From Armatimonadota bacterium (GTDB lineage: Bacteria > Armatimonadota > HRBIN16), in NCBI GenBank assembly GCA_963677485.1, contig OY781964.1:3680001-3744000 (forward strand): a stretch of DNA of 64,000 bases. The letters run 5' to 3'. The notes beneath the pieces were generated by a model, which worked only from the letters and a program-made list of their open reading frames with translations, was not told the origin of the DNA and did no database searches. The translations under genes and the position numbers were made by a program. Shown here one piece after another: positions 19,159-30,533 of this stretch; the stretch's first letter is position 1, and each line of letters begins with the position of its first letter.

Positions 19159-19764
19159 ATGCGCAACGCAAAATGGTCGGAAGACAGCATTATCACTACT
19201 TTGATCCAACTCAATAAAGAGGGTGTTGATCTGTCCTATTCCGGAGTGACCAAAACGCACCTGGCTCTTCTAAGGGCGGCGATGCGTCGTTTTGGTAGCT
19301 GGCGTGCTGCCGTAGAGGCTGCCCGTATCCCATATGGCGGTGTTCGGAAATATCGTGACTGGTCCAGAGAGCGTATCATCGCCAGAATTCAAGAACTGCA
19401 CGATCAAGGCGCCGACCTAAGCTGGGGCAATATCAGCGTGAATGTCGATCCTCAACTGGCCGCTGCCTCGACTAAACCGAAACACTTCGGCAGTTGGCGT
19501 GAAGCCGTAGAGGCTGCAGGAATTAACTATGATTCGGTCCGTCGTTACACAGAGTGGTCCGAAGAACTCATCATTGGCCGTTTGAAGAGGCTTCACGCGG
19601 ATGGACATCCGTTGAATGCCCGGGCGATCGAGCTGATTGATATGCCGCTGGTGACCGCCGCCCGCCGCCGGTTTGAGAGCTGGGAAAAAGCGCTGTATGC
19701 GGCTGGTATAGATGGCAAACGCTACATCCTGCGGCGCCCATCGCGAAAGCATCGTACCGAATAG
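19159..19764 (+). CDS. Basic protein made of three ~63-aa repeats (homing-endonuclease-associated-repeat-like), putative DNA-binding
   Basis: Three copies of WSxxxII...F(G/E)SWxxA(V/L)xAAx(I). AGGAGG RBS. Confidence 0.85.
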   Translation: MRNAKWSEDSIITTLIQLNKEGVDLSYSGVTKTHLALLRAAMRRFGSWRAAVEAARIPYGGVRKYRDWSRERIIARIQELHDQGADLSWGNISVNVDPQLAAASTKPKHFGSWREAVEAAGINYDSVRRYTEWSEELIIGRLKRLHADGHPLNARAIELIDMPLVTAARRRFESWEKALYAAGIDGKRYILRRPSRKHRTE

Positions 19765-19884
19765 CGGGAACCGGCTCTACCATGGGGTTGGTATATATAA
19801 TCGTAGACGGAAATATGATCCGCAGGTAAGCTGCGGCTGTGCGGTGATACGCGGGGTCTAGAACCCCCAAAAGGGAGGCCCCTC

Positions 19885-20163
19885 ATGCTTCGATACAATA
19901 ACCGAACAATCATCTACGCCGTTGTGGTGCTGCAGGTTGTGTTGATAATGTATGCCTACCAGTATGGGCTCAGCAGGAGCGTCAAGCCGGCGTCTGTGAA
20001 CATGATCGAACTCAGCCAGCCAGCCGATAAGTTAGGTTCCACAAGATGGCTCGCCATTGCAGATCCAAATCAGAAGACGGTGAGCATCGTGACGGTAGAA
20101 GTTGGGATACCATCCTCCGCTCGAGTAGAGGCGATCAAACCTTATGACAGGCTAGAAAAGTAG
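19885..20163 (+). CDS. Small hypothetical membrane-anchored protein
   Basis: 92 aa, one N-terminal transmembrane segment, GGGAGG RBS. Confidence 0.65.
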   Translation: MLRYNNRTIIYAVVVLQVVLIMYAYQYGLSRSVKPASVNMIELSQPADKLGSTRWLAIADPNQKTVSIVTVEVGIPSSARVEAIKPYDRLEK

Positions 20164-20201
20164 TCTCATTAGGTTAGTTTTAGATGATGCCGTTGGACAC
20201 C

Positions 20202-20230
20202 TTGACAGTTTCCCGAGGCTGAGATATAAT
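20202..20230 (+). promoter_or_regulatory. Consensus sigma70 promoter of the tRNA gene
   Basis: TTGACA-17 nt-TATAAT, ending 11 nt before the tRNA. Confidence 0.9.
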
Positions 20231-20241
20231 TCTTTTGGTGA

Positions 20242-20317
20242 TCCCCGATAGCTCAATTGGCAGAGCGGCTGGCTGTTAACCAGTAGGTTCCCGGTTCGAG
20301 TCCAGGTCGGGGAGCCA
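20242..20317 (+). tRNA. tRNA-Asn (GTT)
   Basis: 76 nt. Acceptor stem TCCCCGA/TCGGGGA, anticodon arm GCTGG-CTGTTAA-CCAGT, GTTCGAGTCC T-loop, encoded CCA. Confidence 0.97.
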
Positions 20318-20349
20318 ATTTATTCAAATACATCCGTTTATACCTCTCT

Positions 20350-20379
20350 AATCCCTCCAGCGATGCTGGCGGGATTTTT
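20350..20379 (+). terminator. Rho-independent terminator after the tRNA
   Basis: AATCCC-T-CCAGC-GAT-GCTGG-C-GGGATT followed by TTT. Confidence 0.7.
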
Positions 20380-20496
20380 GCTTTTTAGGATATATCAATG
20401 AGCGAGCAGTATAGACAGCACTCTGAGGCGAGAACAAGAGGGGCGGAATCTGCCCGTCCCTGGCGGAACGGGCAGCCGATCGTGGGGTATCCCTAT

Positions 20497-23082
20497 CTAG
20501 TCGTCGTCATCTTCAGCATCACCACTGAATGACAGGTTCAGCGCTTTCAGACCTTTACCGTGAGCTCCGGCATAACTAGTGGGGTATGCGGTATCTACGC
20601 CTTTCACGGAATGCCAGATGATGCGGTTGAGGGTGTCGTCATCTATTTTGTCCGGTAGATCCCATCGCATACTGAGTGTTTGTTTTGCCATTTGAAGCTG
20701 CGGACCAGACAACTGTGACAATTTGGGGTTCATTTGCTCCAGCGGAATGATGCTGGGCAGGCAGGTGTATGGCCGATTATCCGGCGTATTGGTGAAGCAC
20801 TCTTTCATTACTGGCGCACTGGCATCCAACTGATTCATTGGAGGTAGGCCCAACATCAGCTCCATGGTATGCAGCACCGATGTCTGGTTGTAGAATTCAC
20901 TTACCACGGCGTTTCGACGGGTGTAGGGGCTGGCGACCAGGCAAATGGAGCGATGACCGTCTACGTGGTCGAACCCGTTCTGCGGATCATCTTCTATGAC
21001 GAAGATGCATGTTGTCGACCAGAACTTGCTTTTGGAGATCGCCTCGACGATTTGGCCGAGAGCATAATCATTGGCCGCGAGATAACCCTCCGGAGAGGGG
21101 ACACCTGGAGCTGTACCGCTTGTATGGTCATTCGGGAGATAGATCGTCACGAAATCAGGCCAGGTGCCTTTCCTCTCATACTTTTTGAATTCACGCAGGA
21201 ACGATTCGGTACGCGCCATGTCAGGGATCGCCAGGTTCCAGCCTGGAAAGTCCGGGCAACTGTAACGCGACAGCTCGTTCACGTAGTATTTTGATCCCAG
21301 TTTTACGCTGCTTGCATTATGCATATAGACATTTTGAATGTCCGAATAAGATGCTGTTTTAGGTTCGACCGTCCCTACGCCCATTTCGCCATAGTTGCGG
21401 AAGGAGAGGTTGTGCAGTAACACGTTATCCCAGATGAAACCCGATGATGCGAACCCCATGGGATCATCACCAGAGTAGGGATAGCTGCGATGCCATCCGC
21501 CGGCCTCTTTTTCGATATAGTCGGTGGTATAGCCCTGAGTGACCCATTGGTGGCCATCTGCGGAGACCACACCGTTGCAGTAGAAGTTGTCGAGCAGCAC
21601 GAACTGATCAGCCAGGGCGTGATGGTTGGGTGTGACGTTGCTGCCAAATGTACACAGGCTGGGATCATTGTTCCCGCGAGGCATATCACCGAAAATCTGA
21701 TCATATGTGCGATTTTCCTTGATGATGTAGACGACATGCTCGATGGTCGAAGGTTCACCCACTCTGTCAGGCACCGGAACGGGCCTTTTGCCGATCTGCG
21801 CCTTTTCGAGGGCCCTTAGTGCCTGCGGAATCTGTGCATCTGACTTCACCTGGGCTGTGTATTTCTTCAGCATTTTGGCGTCGGGCAGTGCCGCCTTGTT
21901 GATTGAGCCCATGGTCCAGTAGACGGAGTAGCCATTGACGTCCGGTTTCTTATCGCGTGAACCGATGCCCTTCACATTGACGACAAACAGGTTCTTCCCG
22001 TCAGTGGCGACCGCGCCAGGATACCAGCCGGTTGGGATAAATCCGTTGATCTTAGCCTTCTTGTGGCGTGCGTCGGCAAGAGTGATGTCGGCGATGGCGT
22101 TATTCCCACCATTGGCGACGTAAAGCCTGCTTCCGTCTTTGCTGAGTACAAGCGCGTTGGGCGCACTGCCAAACGGGAGCGAAGCCACGGGACGAACCAG
22201 GATATCATCGGTCACCTTCAGGCTGAGAGTGTCAATCACACTGATGGTGTCTAAATTCGCATTGGTGACATAGAGCGTCTTGCCATCCAGTCCCAGAACA
22301 AGCCCAGATGGGTGAAGCCCCGTGACCACTTGCGAGCTCTCCTTCAGTTCCTTGATGTCGATGACAGAGACCGTGCCGCTATTGGCGATCCCGCGCTCAT
22401 CGACCAGCGTGTCTGTGCCAGAGGATACGGCGGTCCGTTCACCGCTTTTCGCCCGTCGGCCACCCCAGTTGGTCACATACGCGGTTTGGCCATCCCTGGA
22501 CAACACCACATCGTAGGGTGCCACACCGACGGGGATCTCGGCCAGCAGCTTGCCTTGGAGCAGGTCGACCACGGCGAGTGAATTGCTCCTCGACAGGCAG
22601 ACATACGCAAGCTTGTCATCGTCTGAAATGGCGATACCGCAGGCCACCGGCTCCCCCTTAATTGAGGGTTGAGGCAATACTATACCCCGCTTCCAGGATA
22701 TCTTTCCATTAGGCAAAACCGCCGCCTGTAGGATCTTGTTTTGAGTGGTGACATACAGCTTACGTCCATCTTTGCTCAGCGCGATACCGTGTAGAGACGC
22801 GGTGCCGCTTTCGTAAGCAAGGGTGGCCTGGCTCTTGAGGCTGGCAGCATCTATGACGGCCACAGCACTGGTGTTCTTCACGTAGATCAGCCGGCCATCA
22901 TGCGAGAGCACCATGTCGACAGGCCGCCCTGCGATCTCCAACACCTGGCCCGCAGGCCGGATCAGTTGCTTGGTAGGCACCACATAGCCTCCATCGGCCA
23001 CCTTGCCCAACAAAACAGGGGCTTTGGCGAAAGCGATGGCGGGTAACATTACGGTAACCAAGGTAACCCAACCGGATTTCAT
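20497..23082 (-). CDS. Secreted YVTN beta-propeller / phosphoesterase fusion protein
   Basis: Signal peptide, YVTN repeats, IIKENRTYD, SADGH, LPNDHT, EDDPQNGFDHVDGHRS. Confidence 0.9.
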   Translation of the reverse strand: MKSGWVTLVTVMLPAIAFAKAPVLLGKVADGGYVVPTKQLIRPAGQVLEIAGRPVDMVLSHDGRLIYVKNTSAVAVIDAASLKSQATLAYESGTASLHGIALSKDGRKLYVTTQNKILQAAVLPNGKISWKRGIVLPQPSIKGEPVACGIAISDDDKLAYVCLSRSNSLAVVDLLQGKLLAEIPVGVAPYDVVLSRDGQTAYVTNWGGRRAKSGERTAVSSGTDTLVDERGIANSGTVSVIDIKELKESSQVVTGLHPSGLVLGLDGKTLYVTNANLDTISVIDTLSLKVTDDILVRPVASLPFGSAPNALVLSKDGSRLYVANGGNNAIADITLADARHKKAKINGFIPTGWYPGAVATDGKNLFVVNVKGIGSRDKKPDVNGYSVYWTMGSINKAALPDAKMLKKYTAQVKSDAQIPQALRALEKAQIGKRPVPVPDRVGEPSTIEHVVYIIKENRTYDQIFGDMPRGNNDPSLCTFGSNVTPNHHALADQFVLLDNFYCNGVVSADGHQWVTQGYTTDYIEKEAGGWHRSYPYSGDDPMGFASSGFIWDNVLLHNLSFRNYGEMGVGTVEPKTASYSDIQNVYMHNASSVKLGSKYYVNELSRYSCPDFPGWNLAIPDMARTESFLREFKKYERKGTWPDFVTIYLPNDHTSGTAPGVPSPEGYLAANDYALGQIVEAISKSKFWSTTCIFVIEDDPQNGFDHVDGHRSICLVASPYTRRNAVVSEFYNQTSVLHTMELMLGLPPMNQLDASAPVMKECFTNTPDNRPYTCLPSIIPLEQMNPKLSQLSGPQLQMAKQTLSMRWDLPDKIDDDTLNRIIWHSVKGVDTAYPTSYAGAHGKGLKALNLSFSGDAEDDDD

Positions 23083-23397
23083 CAGTACACTCCATCTAAA
23101 CAGGCCTTTACATCAAGGCTATCAGTTTCGAATCGCGTCAGCATGACGCTGCCCGCAGAACTACTCGTATTTAACCCCCTATATGTACGGTGTCATGCAA
23201 ATGCACGTCATTTTAGAACGCAGCCATATTCAGGCATGGATCACAACCTGTATCTGTCCATGGACAGCTCCGTCGAAATGGGTTTGAACCCTGGATGATG
23301 AACTGGTATATTGTGCATAAGCTCAACAACACCGCATCGACAGCCGACCATGCGAGCGGCATCAACTGCTGTGGCGCGTGAGCAAGGAGGCGATAAA

Positions 23398-23844
23398 GTG
23401 ATAGAGTTTGATGCGACGATCGTCAGGCTGCCAGGTAAGATCGCGTGGCCGGTTTTCTACATCCCGGATTCCTTCGCGGAGGCCTTGGGCACCAAGAACC
23501 GCATCAATGTGCTGGCAGTGGTGGACGGCGCCGAGTTTCGCGGCACGCTGCTGCCCAGCAGTAACGGGCATTACCTGGTCTACAGCCAGGCCATACGCAA
23601 GCACTGCGGTAAAGAGATCGGTGAGAGCCTGTGCGTATCGCTGGAAGTCGATGACCAGCCACGCGAGCTGGAACTGCCCGAGGATGTGGTCGCGGCGTTA
23701 GATGGCACGGAAGCCGCGATGGAGAAGTTTGTGTTGCTTCCTTACTATATACGGCGTGATGAGATCAACAAGATCAACGACGCCAAGACGCAGCCTACGC
23801 GGGAGAAGCGCGTCAAGGCGTTGTTGGACAGACTGCTGGGGTAG
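23398..23844 (+). CDS. DUF1905 + YdeI/OmpD-associated (bacteriocin-protection-like) protein
   Basis: GTG start after AGGAGG. VDGAEFRGTLLP, ELPEDV, AKTQPTREKR. Confidence 0.8.
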   Translation: MIEFDATIVRLPGKIAWPVFYIPDSFAEALGTKNRINVLAVVDGAEFRGTLLPSSNGHYLVYSQAIRKHCGKEIGESLCVSLEVDDQPRELELPEDVVAALDGTEAAMEKFVLLPYYIRRDEINKINDAKTQPTREKRVKALLDRLLG

Positions 23845-23938
23845 GATGGGGAGTGACGCATAGTAGCGTATAGCTCAGAAAATCGTGTCATAATAACTGA
23901 TGAAAGAGAACGCAGCGAACCGATGAAAGGGAAACAAC

Positions 23939-24616
23939 ATGGAGCTCACTACAAAGCTTGAGAACGATGATGTACTGTTTGTGATCAGCGATTATCCACT
24001 CGAATATCAAGCTGTGTTTCAAGAAGCTTACTATGAACTGGTGGATGGTGCTTATGTCAAACGGTTCTCGAAGGATCTCCCAAATATGTCGAGGATCCGG
24101 CGGAATTGGGAAAGCAACGCCGAAGCGATGTTTGCACAAATGGGCCACTTCGCGGTGGTAGATTGGGAGGCGGTGTTAATGCAACTCATTCCCATTCTAG
24201 ATGACAACCGAATTGATTGGTGGCTGACAGGTAGTTGTGCCACATGCGTGTATGGTTTGCCCTTCAAGCCGCACGACATTGATCTGATGTTGACATCGAA
24301 GGACATCGATCTCGTGAACGAGCTGTTCGCAGATTATTTAATCGAACCGATCAGCAGCACCAATGGCTGGGTGGTTGACTATTTCGGCGTGTTATACATG
24401 GGAGCGAGAGTAGACTTAGCGTTTGATCCGGTAAGCATTGTGGACGACCCAGAACCAGCCGATTTTGGGCCATATGCCATGGCGAACCTTCAAGAGGTTT
24501 GCTGGAATGGGCACAATGTCAAAGTCCCGCCGCTAGAGCTGCAGCTTCAGGTGAACAAGAGGCGTGACCGTTTAGACAGAGCTGAAGCGATTTCGCAGTT
24601 CATCGACAGTCGGTGA
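23939..24616 (+). CDS. Nucleotidyltransferase-fold protein
   Basis: WWLTGS...PHDIDL (hG-S...DxD Pol-beta NTase signature). Confidence 0.7.
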   Translation: MELTTKLENDDVLFVISDYPLEYQAVFQEAYYELVDGAYVKRFSKDLPNMSRIRRNWESNAEAMFAQMGHFAVVDWEAVLMQLIPILDDNRIDWWLTGSCATCVYGLPFKPHDIDLMLTSKDIDLVNELFADYLIEPISSTNGWVVDYFGVLYMGARVDLAFDPVSIVDDPEPADFGPYAMANLQEVCWNGHNVKVPPLELQLQVNKRRDRLDRAEAISQFIDSR

Positions 24617-24624
24617 TTGGCTTA

Positions 24625-25302
24625 CTACAACCGCAGCCAGGGTGAACGGTTGGGGTCGCTGCGCCAGACGGTATACGAGTAGACCGACAGGAAGAGCACC
24701 AGAGCCACACCCCCGATAAGGATCAGCCTGAGCAGCACGGTGGATTCCAGCAGAATGGCTCCCAACAGCATCACCAGACCGTAGATAATGGTCAGCTGAC
24801 CGCCCAGCCGGTGGGTTTTGCTCCACGAGAGCTCGCTGGCGAGGGTCCAGGGCGTCCGGATGCCCGAGACGCGATTCATGCGCAGCTTAGGGAAGTAGTT
24901 GCCAATCACGATGAGCAGCAATCCAAAAGTGCCCCACATCACCACACCGACATCGATCTTCCGACCAAGCGCATTGCCAATCCCCACAGCCTGCAGCACG
25001 ACCATCGGCGTGAGCGCGGCAATCCACATGATGGTCTTGACCGATGTGAGGTTCTGAAGTTTGGCCAAAATCATGAAGACCCCAATCATGATGAGTGTGC
25101 CGATTGGAAGCCCCAGCAGCGCGGTCGCCTTGTCTGAATAGGCGTCGGGTTGCCCCTGAAGGTTCGTGTGGGTGACCATCTGCTGCCCATCGGGGATCAT
25201 GACCCATCCCACTGCGGTGATGATCAGCATAATGGCTAGAATACAACCGCTTGCGATTAGCAGTGGCCGGATACTGGATGCCGAGTTCTCTTCCATTGCC
25301 AT
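24625..25302 (-). CDS. sdpI: SdpI family immunity protein (DUF1648 + SdpI)
   Basis: Multiple transmembrane helices; GNYFPK, GIRTPWTL, WSKTHRLGG. Confidence 0.88.
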   Translation of the reverse strand: MAMEENSASSIRPLLIASGCILAIMLIITAVGWVMIPDGQQMVTHTNLQGQPDAYSDKATALLGLPIGTLIMIGVFMILAKLQNLTSVKTIMWIAALTPMVVLQAVGIGNALGRKIDVGVVMWGTFGLLLIVIGNYFPKLRMNRVSGIRTPWTLASELSWSKTHRLGGQLTIIYGLVMLLGAILLESTVLLRLILIGGVALVLFLSVYSYTVWRSDPNRSPWLRL

Positions 25303-25325
25303 GTCCTCCAAGACTGGGTAACCGA

Positions 25326-25664
25326 TTATGACGGCTCTGAACGGGGGTTCATCACGCTTTTACCTGATGCCATCCGTTTGATCGCTTTGTTGAGGCCATC
25401 TTCTTTCAAGAGGCCGAAGCTGTCCAGCAGACTCACCATTGCATCCTCCAGCACGGAGGCATTCAGATGGTAGGTGATGGTAGTTTGAACCTTGTCACCG
25501 TAGATCAAGTCGGCCTCTTTCAAGATCGCGAAATGCCGAGAGAGGGTGGGCTTGGTGATCTCGAAATGCTCGGATATCTCACCCGCTGTCATGTCGCGTT
25601 CGCGCAGCATCTGCAGGATTTTGCGCCTGGTGGGGTCTGAAAGGGCCTTATACACATTAGCCAT
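25326..25664 (-). CDS. sdpR: ArsR-family repressor (SdpR-like)
   Basis: KALSDPTRRKIL, MTAGEI, TLSRHFAILKEADL; lies directly upstream of sdpI. Confidence 0.88.
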   Translation of the reverse strand: MANVYKALSDPTRRKILQMLRERDMTAGEISEHFEITKPTLSRHFAILKEADLIYGDKVQTTITYHLNASVLEDAMVSLLDSFGLLKEDGLNKAIKRMASGKSVMNPRSEPS

Positions 25665-25679
25665 GACTCACCTGTTTGC

Positions 25680-25727
25680 TATTTCGTCTAACATCTAAAT
25701 ATACCTGTGGCGATTTTGGTTTGTCAA
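25680..25727 (-). promoter_or_regulatory. sdpR promoter with probable ArsR-type operator
   Basis: Minus strand TTGACA-18 nt-TATATT, overlapping the imperfect palindrome TATTTAG-N8-CGAAATA. Confidence 0.6.
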
Positions 25728-25861
25728 GTGGTTTTGAGGAGTTGGTGAATATTCCTATATGTGATCCAGCAGGCGACGGTAAATAATCTGAAGCGAAAGC
25801 GTCGGAGCACAGGGTTTGAGGGTGATAGGCGCGAAAAACGCGCCTATCGGTATGGTTCTAG

Positions 25862-27627
<1,766 letters not shown>

Positions 27628-27763
27628 CTATGCCAGCATTTAGTTTCTTGAGTGGTTATGAACACCCAGGCTCCACCCACTCTCCGAGCTTGGGGATGCT
27701 GTCAACTAACCGACAGCATCTATTTCGTTCTTGCTCATTACTGCATGCGGTATGCCATTCTAA

Positions 27764-28285
27764 TCACACATCGAGCCAGTAGGCGATGTCGTTCTCGGCA
27801 CTTTTCACGCTACCACCAACGATGGCCAGTCCTTCTTTGACAATCGCGTCGTGACAGGCCTTTTTGATGTCACTCACACTATGCCCCAATCCACTGCCTT
27901 CGTGGGTGCATAACGGATAGATAGCTTTGCCGGAAAAACTGAACTTTTCAAGGAATGTCCAAACCGGCATCGGCATGGTACCCCACCAGTTGGGATAACA
28001 TAAAATGATATGATCATAGGCTTCGATGCTGTCTGGAAGGCTACGCAACTCCGGCCTTGCGTGTACACGTAACTCCTCCTTTACCTCCTTGGTGCAGGCG
28101 GTGTAGTCATCGGAATACGTCCTGACAGGGATGATCTGGTATAACTCTCCGCCGGTCAGTTTTTCAACCATACCTGCCGCGACTTCCGTGTTTCCTACCT
28201 CTAGGTTGACGATTCGGCCATCGACATAGTTATTACCACGCCTGGAGAAAAAGACGATCAGGGTTCTACCCTTCATTGGAGTCAT
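27764..28285 (-). CDS. Flavodoxin (flavodoxin_4 type)
   Basis: FFSR, GNT, YPNWWGTMP, CTHEGSG. Confidence 0.92.
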   Translation of the reverse strand: MTPMKGRTLIVFFSRRGNNYVDGRIVNLEVGNTEVAAGMVEKLTGGELYQIIPVRTYSDDYTACTKEVKEELRVHARPELRSLPDSIEAYDHIILCYPNWWGTMPMPVWTFLEKFSFSGKAIYPLCTHEGSGLGHSVSDIKKACHDAIVKEGLAIVGGSVKSAENDIAYWLDV

Positions 28286-28289
28286 CTGC

Positions 28290-29270
28290 TTATATCCTGA
28301 CCAGTTGGTAGTCTGGGCTGCCCATCTTCAACTCTTTCATATACGTAAGTTGACGCAGGCCGCTTCTTGTCTCAATACGTTCTTTAAGGTCGTGAAGTTC
28401 CGCTTCGGGCAGACTGTATACCATGTCGATGGAAGCCTGCTCCACCGCCAGGATGTCTGTCGATGCTAGAATACCCAGGTTACGGGCTTTGACGGGAGCG
28501 GCTGAGATTCCTGCACAGTCGCAGTCCACAGACATATTTCGCAACACATTGATGTACACGATCTTCTTACCGAAATGATCTATGGTCGCTTTTGCCGACT
28601 CGACCATGTTTTCTTGAACGCCTTCGCCCTGCAGCCAGTTCTCGTAGTGCTCATCATCCTGCGCAGCGTGAACCATCTTCTTGCCAACTGGCCCGTCAAC
28701 ACAGCCGATAGCGATGTTCTTCATTGATCCGCCATATCCACCCATGGCGTGTCCTTTAAAGTGTGTGAGTACTACCATCGAATCATACTTGAGCATGTTT
28801 ACTCCCACCGACATCTTCGTAAAGTGCTTGCCGTTAATCACGGGGATCATCACCGCGCCGTGTTCGTCCATGATGTCCACCGGGCAGAAATCCCAACCGT
28901 TGGTTTTAAGAGTTACGCGATGGTCCGTAGTATTCTGCCTCTTGCCTTTATACAAGGTGTTTGTTTCAACAAGGTTGCTGTTGGGTATCTGCTGCTGCAG
29001 GGCCATCACCATGTTGCGCGGTAGAATGTTGGGGCCGTGGGGTTCTCCTGTGTGTATCTTGATGGCCGTCTTGCCTGTTATTCCACGGCTGACTTTGGCA
29101 TATATTCGTAGTAATCCATGTTCGCCGATGTCGTTGGTGAAATAGACCTGCGGCCTCTTTGACATCGCGTATGGGGGGGCGTCGAGAGCTTTGGTTCCGG
29201 AAGTGGCTATCGCCGCCAACAATGTTGCAGATGCTTTTAGAAAGTCGCCCCGAGAGATATTTTGATCCAT
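28290..29270 (-). CDS. DUF362 domain protein with a degenerate Tat-like leader
   Basis: KIHTGE, THFKGH, GGSMKNIAIG, VDCDC. N-terminus SRGDFLK. Confidence 0.85.
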   Translation of the reverse strand: MDQNISRGDFLKASATLLAAIATSGTKALDAPPYAMSKRPQVYFTNDIGEHGLLRIYAKVSRGITGKTAIKIHTGEPHGPNILPRNMVMALQQQIPNSNLVETNTLYKGKRQNTTDHRVTLKTNGWDFCPVDIMDEHGAVMIPVINGKHFTKMSVGVNMLKYDSMVVLTHFKGHAMGGYGGSMKNIAIGCVDGPVGKKMVHAAQDDEHYENWLQGEGVQENMVESAKATIDHFGKKIVYINVLRNMSVDCDCAGISAAPVKARNLGILASTDILAVEQASIDMVYSLPEAELHDLKERIETRSGLRQLTYMKELKMGSPDYQLVRI

Positions 29271-29426
29271 GTATTCTATCCTTTCATTACGAATTATGTC
29301 TGCATTTGGTGGGCCTTCGTAGTGATCTATATATATGTTAAGACAGCACCATGCCACTTACAATACACAATACTCCTAATTTCTTGCCTAAAACTACATG
29401 AAGTAACATTAATAGGCGATATGCTG

Positions 29427-29455
29427 TTGACAACACCTCTAGAGGTTAGTACCAT
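29427..29455 (+). promoter_or_regulatory. Sigma70 promoter of the AraC gene with a palindrome in the spacer
   Basis: TTGACA-17 nt-TACCAT; ACCTCTAGAGGT at 29435-29446. Confidence 0.6.
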
Positions 29456-29491
29456 ACAATTGTCACGTTATTAGGTGACCTAGTAGGAGGA

Positions 29492-30424
29492 ATGCACTTG
29501 GATCATGACCTTGTCGATAGTAAAGACCGTCGGCTGGCAGAGCTCATAGAGCCGCTCACAACAAATGACGGGTATACCGAATCCTCGCTGAAGGGCGTCA
29601 GATTTCTGCGGTCGACCGTGACCATTCCCAGGCATCCCGTCGTATATGAACCGAGTATTGTGATCATCGCTCAGGGGCACAAGACGGGCTACCTTGGGGA
29701 AAAGGTCTACAGATATGACGCGCGTAACTACCTGGTGTTGTCTGTACCGCTGCCATTCGATTGCGAGACTGTTGGCACCCCAGAGGAGCCGCTGCTGGGC
29801 GTTTCGATCAGTGTGGACGTGGCCACCGTGAGTGAGCTGCTGCTGGATATGGATGACAGTAACTCGATGTCGAGTTCCATACCGCGTGGAATCTACTCCT
29901 CGCACCTCACCGATGAACTGATGGATGCGTTGATACGGCTGCTGGAGTCGTTGGGCAATCCTCTTGATGCGCGCATCCTGGGGCCGCAGATCGTCAGGGA
30001 GATCGTCTACAGGGTGCTGTGTGGCGAACAAGGCGAATCGCTGCGGTCGTTGGCACTCCGGCACAGCCGCTTTAGCCAAATCGCGAAGGTGCTGAAGCGT
30101 ATGGATAGCGAGTATGATTCCGAGTTTGATATCAGCACCCTGGCCAATGAAGCCAATATGAGCGTGTCGTCCTTCCATAGCAACTTCAAAGCGGTCACGG
30201 CTGTGTCACCGCTGCAGTATCTGAAGAGCATCCGGCTGCACAAAGCCAGGATGATGATGGTTCAAGACGGTATCGGGGCCAGCAGCGCCGCTTTCAAGGT
30301 GGGGTATGAAAGTGCGTCGCAGTTCAGCCGCGAGTTCAAACGCTACTTTGGGTGTAACCCGAAGGAAGCCACCGGGAAGATGCTGGCAATTGCGGGAGCT
30401 GCTGGTCAGTCTGCGATAAGCTAG
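29492..30424 (+). CDS. AraC family regulator (YqhC-like)
   Basis: AraC_N pattern (YEP...QG.K), SPLQYLKSIRL, VGYESASQFSREFKR; divergent from the AKR cluster. Confidence 0.93.
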   Translation: MHLDHDLVDSKDRRLAELIEPLTTNDGYTESSLKGVRFLRSTVTIPRHPVVYEPSIVIIAQGHKTGYLGEKVYRYDARNYLVLSVPLPFDCETVGTPEEPLLGVSISVDVATVSELLLDMDDSNSMSSSIPRGIYSSHLTDELMDALIRLLESLGNPLDARILGPQIVREIVYRVLCGEQGESLRSLALRHSRFSQIAKVLKRMDSEYDSEFDISTLANEANMSVSSFHSNFKAVTAVSPLQYLKSIRLHKARMMMVQDGIGASSAAFKVGYESASQFSREFKRYFGCNPKEATGKMLAIAGAAGQSAIS

Positions 30425-30533
30425 GTCCGTTCACTGGTGGGAATGATCCATTTGATAAGCTCATCCCATTACCGCATAATGGAATCACGATAACGAGCCG
30501 TTCTGGCGATCGCAACGGAGGATCACAGCAGAT

